Source: Selaginella moellendorffii (taxonomy: Eukaryota > Plantae > Lycopodiophyta). From it: a stretch of 64,000 nt of DNA. Positions within the stretch are counted from its first letter, which is position 1, and every line of letters starts with the position of its first letter. This document shows positions 23,112 to 39,721 of the stretch, piece after piece. The stretch covers positions 1,110,611 to 1,174,610 of the forward strand of contig NW_003314310.1 of the NCBI RefSeq assembly GCF_000143415.4. The letters run 5' to 3'. A model generated the notes under the pieces. The model had not been told where the DNA came from. It did no database searches and was given only the letters and a program-made list of their open reading frames with translations. The position numbers were made by a program, and so were the translations under genes.

Positions 23112-26100
23112 ATGGAGATCAGCGAGGAGCAGCGCAGGAGAATGGAGGCGAATCGGGCGGCCGCTTTGGCCCGGCGCCAGAGATCTTCTCAAAATGCGGA
23201 AGCTTTGGCGAATTCCGGTGAGAAATGCGACAAGGCACATCTGGTTTCTCTCGAGATTTGCTCGGCAAGCGAGTTTTTCGTAGTGCCACCGCATTCCTGT
23301 TGCTCTGATGTACTTCGCCGAGTGCACCATTGGCTGGAATCGGTAAGTCTAGCTATCGTTTGAGAAGAAAAAGAATTTCTTCTGAAAGTTCATGGTTTTT
23401 TTTCCCCTTTGTAGGTGCCACCATTGTGCTGGAAATCATGCGATTATAATCGCTGTCCAGTCTATAGACTGAGAGACTACGAAGTCGTGACAGACGTTTT
23501 GCAGAGGTTGCCTGGAGTGAAGTTGGAGCACATACCATTGAGCACACGCAATTCTTTGAGGAGCTGCTCTCACCAACTAAGAAACGCTGACCAGTGGCTT
23601 CCCTTCCACCCGAGGCATGCTCCAGACTCAGTCGTGGACAAGCTCTTGCTAGGCCTGCCTTGGAAGTTGAAGCAATACTTGTTGCCTTTTCAGTGGGATG
23701 GTATTCGATATGGTTTGCGAAGAGGTGGACGCGTGCTAATTGCCGACGAGATGGGGCTCGGAAAGACTCTTCAGGTAATCTTCGAGTACGGTTTCTGTTG
23801 TTCTCATGACTTGTTTTTTGACACAGGCCATCGCCATCGCGGCATGCTATCTAAACGACGGACCTTTACTTGTTGTTTGTCCCGCTAGTCTACGTTTGGT
23901 CTGGGCCGAGGAACTAGAGAGATGGCTTCCATTTCTCTCACCTTCAGATGTTCATCTTGGTACGTTGATGACTTCTCTTTCCAAACGTTTGATTCTGTCT
24001 ACCTGTGCAGTGTTTGGACGAGAAGACGATTTAAAAGATCTGAAAACACCAAAAGTTGTTGTAATATCTTACAATATGCTAAGACGGCTTCGGGAGAGCA
24101 TACTTCGTTGCAGCTGGGAGACGGTAATCGTTGACGAATCACACAATATCCGATGCTCGAAGCGTCCTACTGATTCCGAAGAGGTACGAGTTTACTTTTA
24201 TTTTTTATATCGGCTGAATAGTAACTATAGACTACAGCGCTGATGGAAGTGGCTCGAGCTGCGCCAAGGGCGGTCTTTCTTTCCGGTACTCCATCACTCT
24301 CTAGGCCTTTCGATATTTTTAACCAAGTTAACGCTTTGTGGTAAGAATGTTTTCTTTAATATTTAACAAAGAAAGCTCATCTGCATTGTTTACAGGCCGG
24401 GCATATTGGGAAAAAACAAGTATAATTTTGCGCGAAACTACTGCAGCTCAAGTAGTGATGCAGCGTACAAGGTGTCAACTGTGTTATTTTATGACGTAGT
24501 CTCACCATTATTTTCAGGATTACCAAAGAGGCGTCCGGCTGGAGGAGCTAAACATTTTGTTACGAGAAATAGTTATGGTATATATGCCACTAATTTTTAA
24601 TTTGTTTGAAGTTAACTTTACTTTCTCCTAGATACGAAGGCTGAAGGATCAGATTCTGACGCAGCTGCCTCCAAAGCGAAGACAAATTATACGATTGAGA
24701 CTAAGCTCCGGCGATATGTTGGAAGCGAAGGCTTCTATTGATGCTGACGGAGGTAGTTGTACACTCTAAATTTGTGTCGATGTCTTGTCTTGACTATCAA
24801 ATTCTACAGACGAAAGACAGCTGAATACGCAAGAAATTGGAATCGCAAAGCTCAAGGGTGTGACGGACTGGCTCTCAAACAATCCCTTTTCTGCCGTCAA
24901 AGAAGAAATGCAGAAACTAATCATATTTTGTCATCACCATAAAGTTATGAACTCGCTACAGGTTTGTATCTTATTAGTAAACTTTAGCTTATAAGTTGCT
25001 GCAACAGGAATTTATCGTAAGCAAAGAAATTGAGTTTATTCGGATAGATGGGCACACTGATGCGAAAGACCGTCAAAAGGCTACAGAGATTTTCCGGCAA
25101 AAAGATGAGGTAAAATGTTTTATCTAGTTTCCCGTTGACACGTTACTGGAATTGAAGGTAAAGGTGGCTATTGTCGGGGTCACAGCGGGTGGTGTTGGGC
25201 TTGATCTGTCTGCTGCACGCAATGTGGTGTTTGTGGAGTTGCCGAAGACTGCATCAGAACTTGTACAGGTCAGTTGCATTTTAAGTCATTTGCATTAACA
25301 ATCGGTTCGTTAGCAGGCGGAGGACAGAGCACATCGAAGAGGTCAGAAAAGCGCAGTTAACATTTATATATTTTGCGCTAAGGTATGTTTCTCTTGAACT
25401 TATTAGTCGAGGTTCTAATTTGCATGCTGCAGGAGACATCAGATGAATGCCACTGGCAATCACTCAGTAAAAGTCTTGAAAGGGTAACTACAATGACGAA
25501 CGGATCAGAAGATGCTATACCCGGTTTAGAGGTCTAGAGTTCTCTCCTGGCATGGCTGTTTATTGACGTGCTTGTTTGGTCCAGGTGGAAACTCTTATGG
25601 ATCAAACAGAGTCAGGTGATACGAAAGCGTGCAGTTTGCTACGGAGATGTCAGAACAGTCTGCCGCCGGATGAAGTCCCAGAAGGAAGACGGGTTGTGTC
25701 TGAAACCGCGCAACAAAATGCGTCCAATGAAAGCTGGAATTTTGATGCACACTTGTTGATGTTTGAGGTACATAACAGGTATCACGTTGTGATTGAAATG
25801 TCACCGGCTTTTTTCCAGGTAAGCTCGAACACTGGCCGAGTTCATCTGTACAAGAAGTCGCTTGAAGAGCCGCCTGTCGTGACCGCCTTAAGTGAGAATT
25901 TCAAACCCGAGGATTTAGAGAAGCTGGAACAGATACCAAGCACCGAGAGGAATTTGTTGCTGCCAACCTGTCTCCTTGAGAATACTTCTCTTGTGGACGC
26001 CTCAATGGCTTTCATTCGAGAATGGAAGACATTACGACCGGTTCATCGAAAAAGGCTGTATGGAAGACCACTGCAGCTACCTTTATCAAGGGCACTCAGC

Positions 26101-27191
26101 CGCTTAACTGGAGCTCAAGGGGTATGCTTACGTTTTAGCAGAAGGATGTACTTTTCTCACCTTTTTTTCTCAGGGATTGGTGAAAGGAGGAAGCAAAAGG
26201 CGGCGAAGGCCAATCGGTGAACTGGCTTGCCCGTTACCAGACGGAGCATCGTGGAGAGACATTTATTTAAGCGGCAATATGTCTTCCAGACCGATCTTGC
26301 AAGCTTGGACGGCAGATGACAATCCTCTGTGCAAACTCTGTCACAGGCCATGCACGTAAGTGTCCCACGCAATTTTGCAACGCTTATAAAGCTCATCACA
26401 GGAGACAAGATTCAAGGGAGCCAACGACGTTGGAGGACTTGTTCTGCAAATCGGATTGTTTCGAAGAATACATGACGAAGACTAGCAGTCACTTTATGCG
26501 TGAGGTACGTGTGGAGTAAACATTTACTACCTACTGACGTTGGAGCTACCATTTGCAGAAACTGTTCCGACTGGAACGCGGCGTATGCGTGACTTGCAAT
26601 CTAGACTGTCATGCCTTGGTGGAGTGCATCCGAAATCTCGATGTGAACTTGCGAAGCGCCTACATTCTTAAAAAGGCCCCGGCTTTTGGCACACACGAAA
26701 CGCTGTACGTTTACTGTTTCTTCTTGTTCCCCATCTTCTTATGCATTTTTGCAGGCTTCAAAATCTTGTCGAAGATCCAATCGAGGGGAACGCTTGGCAT
26801 GCCGATCACATTGTACCAGTGTTTGCTGGCGGAGGTAAGAGGCTAGAGACAGTCAGTATGAAATACTTACAGCCTTGCTTTCCAGGAGAATGCGACCTGG
26901 AAAACATGAGGACTCTTTGTGTAGTCTGTCATGCACAGGTAACTAGCGAGCAATGCCGGAAAAGGCATGCGTCCTTTCGCAAAGCGCAACGAGCTTTACA
27001 GTTCACAGTGGAGAGACTCCTTGACAATAAGCGACTAAAATCAGAGGTATGGCTTCCTCCGAAAGGGAGATCATCAATCAAGTGCTCCACTTTGCAATTT
27101 ACAGGAGGTGATTCTTTCAGAAACCGATGACGACAAAGAACTTCTGGGAATTGAAGTTGCAGGGAGTGCATACTCTAAGCAAACAGGATAA
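23112..27191 (+). CDS. SNF2 helicase with C-terminal HNH nuclease (ZRANB3/SMARCAL1 family)
   Basis: ADEMGLGKT, VDESH, RIDG, QAEDRAHRRGQ, WHADHIVPV...NMRTLC..CH; many short introns; stop at 27191. Confidence 0.9.
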
Positions 27192-27234
27192 CGTATAATA
27201 AACTATCACGTCAGATAAACCAGCGGTGGAGGGC

Positions 27235-27998
27235 ATGGCTATGGCAACAACACTGCCGTGCTTGGCGCCCGGAAGATTTCGGAGCCGAGTATTCCCATCA
27301 TGCAGAGCGAACGCTGTTCCTCCCGACACAGTCGAGACAGAGGAAAAGACCAAGGCGAGCTCCAGTCCCAATGTTGAGAAGGAACTCTCCAAGGTAAGCA
27401 GAAAGATTGGTCTCAAATTCATGGCGCTCTCATGTTTTTTCGCCAGGCAGTGAAGAAAACAGCCGCTACTTTCGCTCCTCGTTCGTCCACTGCAAAGAAA
27501 AACCCGGCCGTCCCAGGCAGCGTTTTGTACACCGTTTTCGAAGTCCAGGGCTATCTCTCGATGGCTGTTGGAGGTCTCCTCGCGTACAACTATTTGTTCC
27601 CTTCAGACGAGCCTGATATTGCGAGACTGATGGGAATGTGGTCCGTGTGGATGTTCAGTAAGTTACCATTCTTTCTCTTTCTCTTTTTTTTCGTTATCTG
27701 ATGAAAACTTTTCTGCTGGGTTTGTAGCAATTCCATCGCTTCGCGCAAGAGACTGCTCGTCTAAAGAGAAGGATGCTTTGAATTATTTGTTCTTGGCACT
27801 TCCGCTTGTCAACGTTTTGCTCCCATTTGTGTGGAAATCGTTCGCGGCTGTGTGGTCAGCCGATGTTGCGGTATTTTTCGCAATCTACGCATGGAAGGTG
27901 AGTTGTTTCGTCTTTCTAATGGTTATATTTTTCTTGACTCGGCTATGGTGATTCAGATGGAGTGGCTCCAACAAAACGAATCCAAAGACAAGCAATAG
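27235..27998 (+). CDS. RPH1: RESISTANCE TO PHYTOPHTHORA 1, chloroplast membrane protein
   Basis: KKTAATFAPR...FEVQGY...MGMWSVWMF/TIPSLRARDC...YAWK; four exons. Confidence 0.85.
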
Positions 27999-28107
27999 TA
28001 TATTAGCTTTGATGATCTTTGTAAGTTTTTAAAGGTTTTGTACAAAGGGGAAAGTATAGTTATTTCGGGTAGCTCAAATTCTAGGGTTCTTAACGGCTCA
28101 AACTGTC

Positions 28108-29887
28108 ATGGGTATCGAAGGCGATGGCAAAAGGAGGGCCGACGAGACGCGCATTCGCAGGCTGCAGAAGATTTTAGGCAGCAAGCGCGCCTCCCCTACT
28201 CTCTCCGGTGAGTGGCGATCGATCGCGATCCATTTTATTCATTCATCTTAGGCGAGAAAATGCGATCCCAGGGTGCTCGGAAGTAGAGAATGATCCGATT
28301 AAGAAGCTCAGCACCGCGACGCAAAGCGCCCTCAATGATCTAAAGCTTGGTAACGATCGATTGGAAGTTTTGAGAGCTCGATCGAAAGTTTTTTTCCCAC
28401 ACGTTTTTTTGTTCTTGTCTTCAGAGGTTTCTAAGATGAGGAACGATTTGGAAAAGCTCACAGAGGAAGTTCACGCAGCAAAGAAGCTCGAGGCTGTAAG
28501 TTTCAAAGAGGAAGTTCTGTGCGTGATGTGATTTTTCTTTTTCTTTTCTTTTTTTTGTCCAGGAATCTAAAGGGACAGCGTTAGACATGGAGAAGCGTTT
28601 CACTGCTCAGATGGAGGAGTTCCAAAGGAGCCTTGCATCGCTACGAGGAGAGGTACACCTCTAGCGTCCGGTTTGATCCTCTAACCAGGCTGATAATCTC
28701 TCTGGTAAAAGGAAAAGCAAATTCTAAGGCGTTGCTGTTGAAGGATTTGCCAGGGACTCAAGCGTTGACAAGCTCGCCAAATCTAAGGAAGTCAAATGCG
28801 TCCAGTCGAAACATCGGCCCAACAAAGAGGTAAGGCGATCGTTTCTTGATGGAAGAACGCATTTTCAACAAGCTGAGACTTTTTCATTTTGGCAGTCATA
28901 CCATCAATGGCTGCTCTTCGGATGTTCACAATGGTAAGTTTTCGATTATTTCTTCTCCTCCTCGTTCCATTCTAAAGCTTCGTTTTGATCTTTGTAGTTG
29001 AAGCTCAGAGAAAGGATGTTGTCATCTACACAAACCCGCAACACATACAACGAACCGTTGCTGCTGTTCGTGGATGGCTTCGAGAATGTGAGCGTGCTTT
29101 TCTTCTTTTTCTTCTTTCATTTTTACGATCTCAAATAACACGTAAAACTCCTGGTAGCTCCGACTCCACGAGAATCAACGAGCAAGGATCAACGTCACGA
29201 GGATCCTCTCATCCACATTCCCACATCCTCGTTAATGAGCTCCATCCGAAACGAGGCAAAGCTTTTCAGCAAGCACCACAAGAAGGCAAACAACTTGTCT
29301 CGGAGCGAGTCCCAGAGCCCGAGCACACAAGTGGAGTCCATCTCCGAAGCGTCGGCCAGCGTCAAGGACACAGTGCCCCCGGCAATGCGAATCCTGCAGA
29401 GAAGAAACATGAGAATGGCCGACTTGCTTGGAAGGTTTGCTTTTCTTTGTTGTTCTTCTCCTTTGTTTTGTTTCTATGATTCTAACGCGGAAGTCTTGTG
29501 CGCAGCAGCGAATCCGACGAAGACTGACTGACTCTTTCCATTTGCGCGTTGGAGGTAAGGTACGTACGTCCTCTTGCTTTGGCTTTTTGCCTTTAGAAGA
29601 ACAAAGCAAAAGTGAAAGCTAAAGAACACTACTGTTGCTAATGCTGTGCTAAATGATCATCTCCAGCACTGAGTGACAAAGATTTGGCAAAGATGAAGGA
29701 ACAAAATCGAACCCACGGGTACTTTTCTCTGTCAATCTCATCTCTGATCCAACACTGTTGCTATCGACAGCTGCTGATGATAGTCTCTTTCGCTTTTGCA
29801 GTGTCGATCGATCAAACAAAGCAAAGCCTTGAAAAAAATGGAGAGAGAAAGCGAAAAAAGAACAAAAAAAAAAAAACAAACTCGTAA
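28108..29887 (+). CDS. Hypothetical multi-exon coiled-coil protein (3' end uncertain)
   Basis: ATG at 28108, regular GT-AG introns, heptad exons (MRNDLEKLTEEVHAAKKLE). Confidence 0.45.
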
Positions 29888-30638
29888 AGTTACTGCTACG
29901 CCAGAACTGGTTGACCACTTGTTAACACGTCGAAGTTTCTAAAGTCAAATACGCAGGGACTTTTCCCTCTTCGTGGAAGAGAGAGAGAATAAACAATCTT
30001 TCTTCTCGCTAATGTTAGCTATGTCCGATCAACGAAAGAATTTCCCTCTCTTTCGTAACTCGCGGCCGGGGGATCGCAGCCGTCGATCCGCGAGCGTTTA
30101 AAAGGGGGCCGGGGAATGTAAATGGGAAAAATGGGACGGTTTAAGATTAAAGAGGGGCCGCAAACACGCAAGAGACTGGGCGCCTCGCGTCTCTCCGCCG
30201 TGTGCTCTTCGCGAATCGCGCGCGAGAGAGGTATGTTTGATCTTCTCCTCCCCCGCCTCCTCCACGATCCGCGCGGCGCTGCTGCTCCCGGGCGATGATC
30301 TCTCGCGCCGCGGCCGGGCTTTCCTCGTAGGTCAGGATGGTGCTGCTCCAGCCGCCGCGCGCGATCTCGGTAGACTAGGCAATGGCGGTCACACGCGGCT
30401 CGTGATTCCGAGTGAAATTTCGGGGAGGATTGGATTGCTTTGACCGGGATCGGCAGGAACAGGTCTAGGAGGTGTCACGCCAGTTTGGATTGCCGGGAGC
30501 CCTAAACCTCGCGCTGGTTCTCTGGGAAAGAACGCAAGAGAGGTCTCTAGCGACGAAAAAGAAGGCATCTGGAGAGCTCATGTGTGGAGGACTTGGTAAA
30601 TTTCTTCTCTAGCGAGCAACAAAGGAAGAAGGTCGTCA

Positions 30639-33515
30639 ATGAGAAACGTGGTCGAGATAGCGATGCAAGTGTTGCTACCATCCTGGGGAGAAATCAACGT
30701 TTCCTTTGCGGCGGCGGTGCTGGTGATCTTCATTTTTGGTGTTGTGCGGCATGTCGAACGTCTGCGAGAAGCTGCCGGGGGATTTTTTCTCTCCGCCGCG
30801 GAGGACTTTGGTGTGGAGGGAATTCGCGAGAGGGAGCTGGAGAGAACGAAAGAGGTATTTGAAATCCTATCTCCCGCTTTGGATGATTGTTTGCTTTCTT
30901 TGCCTTTCTTGGTCTTTCGTTTTCGTTTCTCTTTCTGGTACTTGTGTTTTTTTTTTTTGTTTCTCTTTGGAAAGCTTGGGATGCTGCATATGATCAAAGT
31001 AATGCTCTGGATGTTAAGCTTTGCACATGTGATATTCTTTTCTTTTCTTTGACATGCAGCATTGGGGCTTTTGCTGTAGAACTCTTCGAAAGTGGACGCG
31101 GGAAGCCAGCCTATGTACTTCGTTAAGGTATACGAGCCCCCTTCCAGGTAGTCATTGTGACAACGTAACGAGCGTCTTCATTTTCCTGCAGCTGGAACTT
31201 CTAGCGGCGAAGAATATAGCAGCTGCGAATCTAAATGGAACGTCTGATCCTTACGCGGTACTCACCTATGGTTCTCAAAAGCGTTTCAGGTGCCTACACT
31301 TATTTTTTGTTGTTTTGAGCATAAGTCGAGTGTTTTCTTCAGCTCTTTGGTTCCTGGTTCAAGAAATCCCATGTGGGGAGAAGAATTTGACTTTTATATT
31401 GATGACCTCCCAGCTCAAGTACGTGAGTTAACAATTTTTTTTTCTCTTCCACCACTGAGTTTCTATCGCTTTTTTCAGATCATAATAGCGATTTACGACT
31501 GGGATATAATCTGGAAAAGCACAGAACTTGGCTCGACAACCATCGAGATCAAAGAGGAGGGACAAACAGAAGCTATTTGGCATTCTTTGATTGGCACCTC
31601 TGGACAGGCAAAACGTTAAATTTTGTTTTAGTGGTGCTTACTACTTTTTCTCTCTTCAGGTTTGCGTTCAAACATGTACTCGCCGTGTGCCAACAGCAGG
31701 GTAGGAACTATGTTCTATTACGAAGAGAAAATGACACATACTAGCTCATCGCAGGACTGTTGCTGGAACCAATCGACGACGATTTCTAGAATCGCCGACT
31801 GGCACAGAAGTTCGTCAAAAGCCGGGGCCGCTGCAGACAATCTTTGACCTGCCTCCTGATGAAGTATGGTTTGACGGTGATTTTTGCTTCATTTTCTTAA
31901 AAAACATTGTCCGTGCAGATGGTTGAGCACAAGTTTTCATGCGCGCTGGAGAGATCATTTTTGTACCATGGGCGTATGTACGTGTCTGCTTGGCACATAT
32001 GCTTTCATTCGAATGTCTTTGCTAAACAACTAAAGGTACGTCACCGGCGACATTTTTTTCCAGGCTATTTACTTTCTTTTCTAGGTCGTGTTGCCTTACG
32101 ATATCGTAGAAGAGGTAAACTCTGTCACTTTGTCCATTTCATATCTATGTTCGGCTTATAGATCAAGAAAAGTCAGCACGCCTTCATCAACCCCGCGATC
32201 ACCATCATTTTGAGGGCTGGTACAGGTGGTCAGGGTGTTCCTCCTCTTGCTAGTCCAGATGGTTGGTATCAAGTTTGTTTCTGCTGGGCTACAGCGATCT
32301 AAACAACATTCTTGTCTGGATATAGGTAGAGCAAAGTATAAATTTGCATCCTTTTGGAACCGGAATCATGCACACAGGGTTCTCCAACGCGCTGTGAAAA
32401 ACTATCAAGGAAATGAGGAAGCCGCGAAGCAGGTCTGGCTAAGTGTAACCTCTGGCATTGCAGAGACTAATCGATTATCAATTTTCAGGATAAGTTCATG
32501 CGAGTTCACAGCACAAGGTACCAGGAACAGCAGGTCGTACCATTTGTGTCTAGTGTGGATGAGACTACTCCGATTGAAGAAACAAAAGTGGTGCAACCTT
32601 TTATCAAAGACGACGTTCTAGTTGACATTGTAGAGGTTAGTGAATTTCTATTGAAGCTGGCTGACATTATTTGTTGCAGGATATGCTGCCTTGCTCTGCC
32701 GAGCAATTTTTTGCTTCCGTACTAAGCGACAAGTCGGACTTTACGACGCGCTATCGAGCAGAGCGCGAAGACACTGAATTGCAGGTTCACTTAATTCTGT
32801 GTGCGTTTCTTAGCTAACTCGCTGCAGCTCAGATCGAACCATGGCGCAATCCGGAGGAGTACAGCGGTATTCTGCGGAAAGTTACGTATCGAGCAAAGTG
32901 TAACAGCCCAATGTGTCCTCCAGACACCGCAATGACTGACACACAGCACATCTTCTTTTCGGGCGAGAAGAAACTACTGGTGCTTTTACAAATATGCCCA
33001 CGCCGGTTAGAGCTAACTCGTGATCTTGTTACTTCCAGCATTGGGAAAGCATTCAACAGGCGCATGACGTTCCATTCGGTTCCTCGTTCGAGGTAATCAC
33101 TCGACTATGCGATTTTTCGTTTTTGGTTCTACTTCTTTGCACAGATCCACGCAAGATGGACAGTGGAAACGCTCTCGGAATCAAAGTGCAAGCTGAGCGT
33201 CAAAGTTGGTACGGAAACTCTCGTTGGGACGAGCTCCACTTGCTAACTCTTTGATACATTTTAGGAACTAACTTCAAGAAGCGACTGTTCATGGCGTCGA
33301 AGATTCGAAGTGGTGCTGAATCTGAGGTACGCGAAAACAAAAGTCCTAGCGTTTCCAGTCTGATTCTTCGTTTGCAGTACAAAACTGATGCAATGAAGTT
33401 CATCGAGATCATCAAGAAGGGTCTCAAGGAGACCGGTTCTACCGCCAACGATGAATCGAGTGTTTCTACTCCGGCCTTGGAGATTCCCCTCGTCGGCACA
33501 GCAAAGACTTCGTGA
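30639..33515 (+). CDS. BAGP1: TM-C2-GRAM-VASt protein (BAG-associated GRAM protein 1-like)
   Basis: LLPSWGEI + TM, C2 (GTSDPYA, IYDWD), GRAM ([16 protein letters not shown]), VASt (AHDVPFGS). Confidence 0.8.
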
Positions 33516-33843
33516 CAGCAAAGAAAGAACAAACAATTCCTGACAGTTTTGGTAGAGAGAAAATGACGTATGGAGAGGATGATTTGATTGACAGCCGTGG
33601 ATCTGGTGATCCGGAATGTCATGCCGATGCAGAGATCTTGGCCGCACGTTGACAGCGGTGGAATCCGGACGTGTAATGAGAATCCAATCGACGTGAAATA
33701 TCATAAAAAGCTCTAGTCGCGAGAGAGGCATTTCATTGTTTGAGCGGCAGGGCAGGATTTTCGGACGGGCGTCTTCGAACACGCCTAGACGAAAAGCCTG
33801 GGAGCTTCGTTCGATCTCTTCTCTTGCCGCCGGAAGCTACTAA

Positions 33844-35535
<1,692 letters not shown>

Positions 35536-36247
35536 AAGAAAAACTCGGGGAAAAAAAGTGTGGCTTTTAAAAAATAAAGATGTGTGACAACGAAGTAAAG
35601 AAGTAAAGTTAATTTGACCTAATTCGTCATTTGTTTATGGTATAAAGTTAATTTGACCTAAGTTAGACATGTCGTACGGCATTAAATTAAATACTTCTTC
35701 CCCCTTTGTTGGAACTTTTGCCATATATTGTCCAGCAATCATGCAAGGCTGGAAGCAACTATGGACTTAGATTCTTCGCAACTGTAAAATAAGTAAGGGC
35801 AAATGCAGTCAACGCATCTTGACTGACTCGGAATAATTCGTGACTCCAACCAAGTGATTGGCATCGGCGAGCTTCTTCTTTATTGTTTTTTCGGTTTCCT
35901 TTTCCTTTTAACTTTCCAGTATCAAACGTCCTCTACAAAAGTGAGTTGAGGCAAAGGGATCAACTGAGATCATCATCCCTCCCGAGCCCAACAAAAGAAT
36001 GGGTCATCATTTTTCTTGCAAAACTGTTATGGGATCTTCTTGCTTGCTTGCTTGCTTCTTGCTTCTTGCTTGTTCTTGTCTTTGCTGTGTTCGTTTATCT
36101 GCTTTATCCCTGTGTCCCGTAAAGCTAAACCCCCCATTCCCCAGCATTTCTATCTCCAGCTATCTGGGAGCTATCTCTAAGCTGACCAAAGGAATTATAT
36201 TACAAAATCTCCCACCTCTTTCTCCTCGTCGTCGACGCCCCAACGAA

Positions 36248-38057
<1,810 letters not shown>

Positions 38058-39721
38058 CCTCGTCCCAAAGAATCCTCCTCCACCACCACCTGAGAGAGAA
38101 AGAGATCGAGCACAAAGAAACCACTGAGAAAATCGCCAAGAACACGAAGGACTCCACTCCAGCGCATTAAAAGGCATTAAAGTCTCATGCAGGAATTCAA
38201 GGCAAAGCCAAAATCAGGGCAAGCGAGCGAAGCAACGAATCCAATCCAGAATTCTTGGCAGCCAAGGAAAAGAAAAGAAAAAGAAAGAAGAAAAGAGGCT
38301 CCTCGCATCACTCGCCCAAGCCAAGAACAAGCAAGGAGACCTGATCTCGCCAAGAACTCCAATTGGAGCTCAAAATCCCCCGGATCGAAAGGAAGCGATC
38401 ACAACCCATCTGGGAAAACGCGGAGAGGGACTGACCTGGTTCACGCGGCGATGGCGATGGAGGGAATTCGGGGCGAGCCACCTGTGAGCGATTCGGGGAC
38501 AGGAGATCAGCTCTCCCCGTGACCGGGAGCAAATGGAGGAGGCGCCCCTCAGTAGCCAGCGTGACCGACCGCGCAAGAACAATGTGAGTGGAGTGGTGGA
38601 ATCGCGCTCCTCGCTCTCACAGAGAATCGCCCTCTTCCCTTTTCCTGGCCAGGAAATAAAAAAAAGAGAGAGAAAGAGAGAAAAGGCCTCCTTGTGCTCG
38701 TCTTGTAAGTGTCGTGAAGAAGCGTTGGGTGGAGTGAGCGGGATTGGATCGCCAATTTTGGGGTCCGCGTTTTCGTTGCCCACCCTATATATTTTCTCCT
38801 CGCTCCTGTTTTTCTCTTACCCGGTATATACCCTTACGGCGTAAGAATATTCTGTTAGATCGCGTACGGGCCCGAGAAATTTGGAACGCAAGAACGAACT
38901 AACTATACGTGTGGTAATGGATGGCTGCCTCGCGTCCATTCGAGAAAGGTGGCGGGCAATGTGAGAACTTTGGTTGCCTCACGCCTCCCCTGTAGCCCTA
39001 AGGTGGCGGAGTATGATAAGTTGGTGCGTGGGATTTTTTCAATCTAATCTTAGGTGGCGGCCACATGCATGCACAGGCTGGAGTTGTAGATTCTCTTTTT
39101 GACAAAGGTGGCGGCGGGCTGGAGTTTCTGGGAGAAAATGGCGTGCAAGTAAATTTGGTGTCGATCGTTTTGACACGAAATCCCGGCGCTTGTGATAAAG
39201 ATTGTGAGAAGGATGGGATTAAAAGCCAGCGTAACAGATAAGGATAACGGACCACACGCAGCGCAACATTTGATTCGACACGCTGGATTGGGATATGCTT
39301 CCGGCATATTCTTGGTTGCGTATGGACATGCGTGATCACATCCATGAGTCATCCATTCATACACATTCATCCACAATTTGGAGAAAGTGGATTTTAGGGT
39401 TTTGAGGCGGGATTAGGGTATCCAGAGGCATGGCGCAGGCGATGGAGCCCATTCGTCCCCTCTGCCGCAAGCGCCGGCTGCCGCGAGGTAATCTTAGCTG
39501 CGGGGATCAATAGATTTGACGCGCCGGCCATTCTCGTAGCTGGTTTGCCGAGATTTAGGGGGGCTGTAGCTTGAATCGCCGCCGTGGGGATCGGCGAGGG
39601 CTCTGGGGAAGGCAGGTGGGCTACTGATGGCGGATCCGCCCAGTGGCCCATCTGCCTGTGGTAGCGCACAGGGAAAGCTTGTAGATTTTCTAGTCCAGGA
39701 TCGTCATTCCATAGAGGCAGT

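Noticed and set aside
39000-39380. Possible miRNA or structured RNA between UGE and CCR4
   Set aside because: Only short stems and no recognisable miRNA; more likely a divergent promoter region
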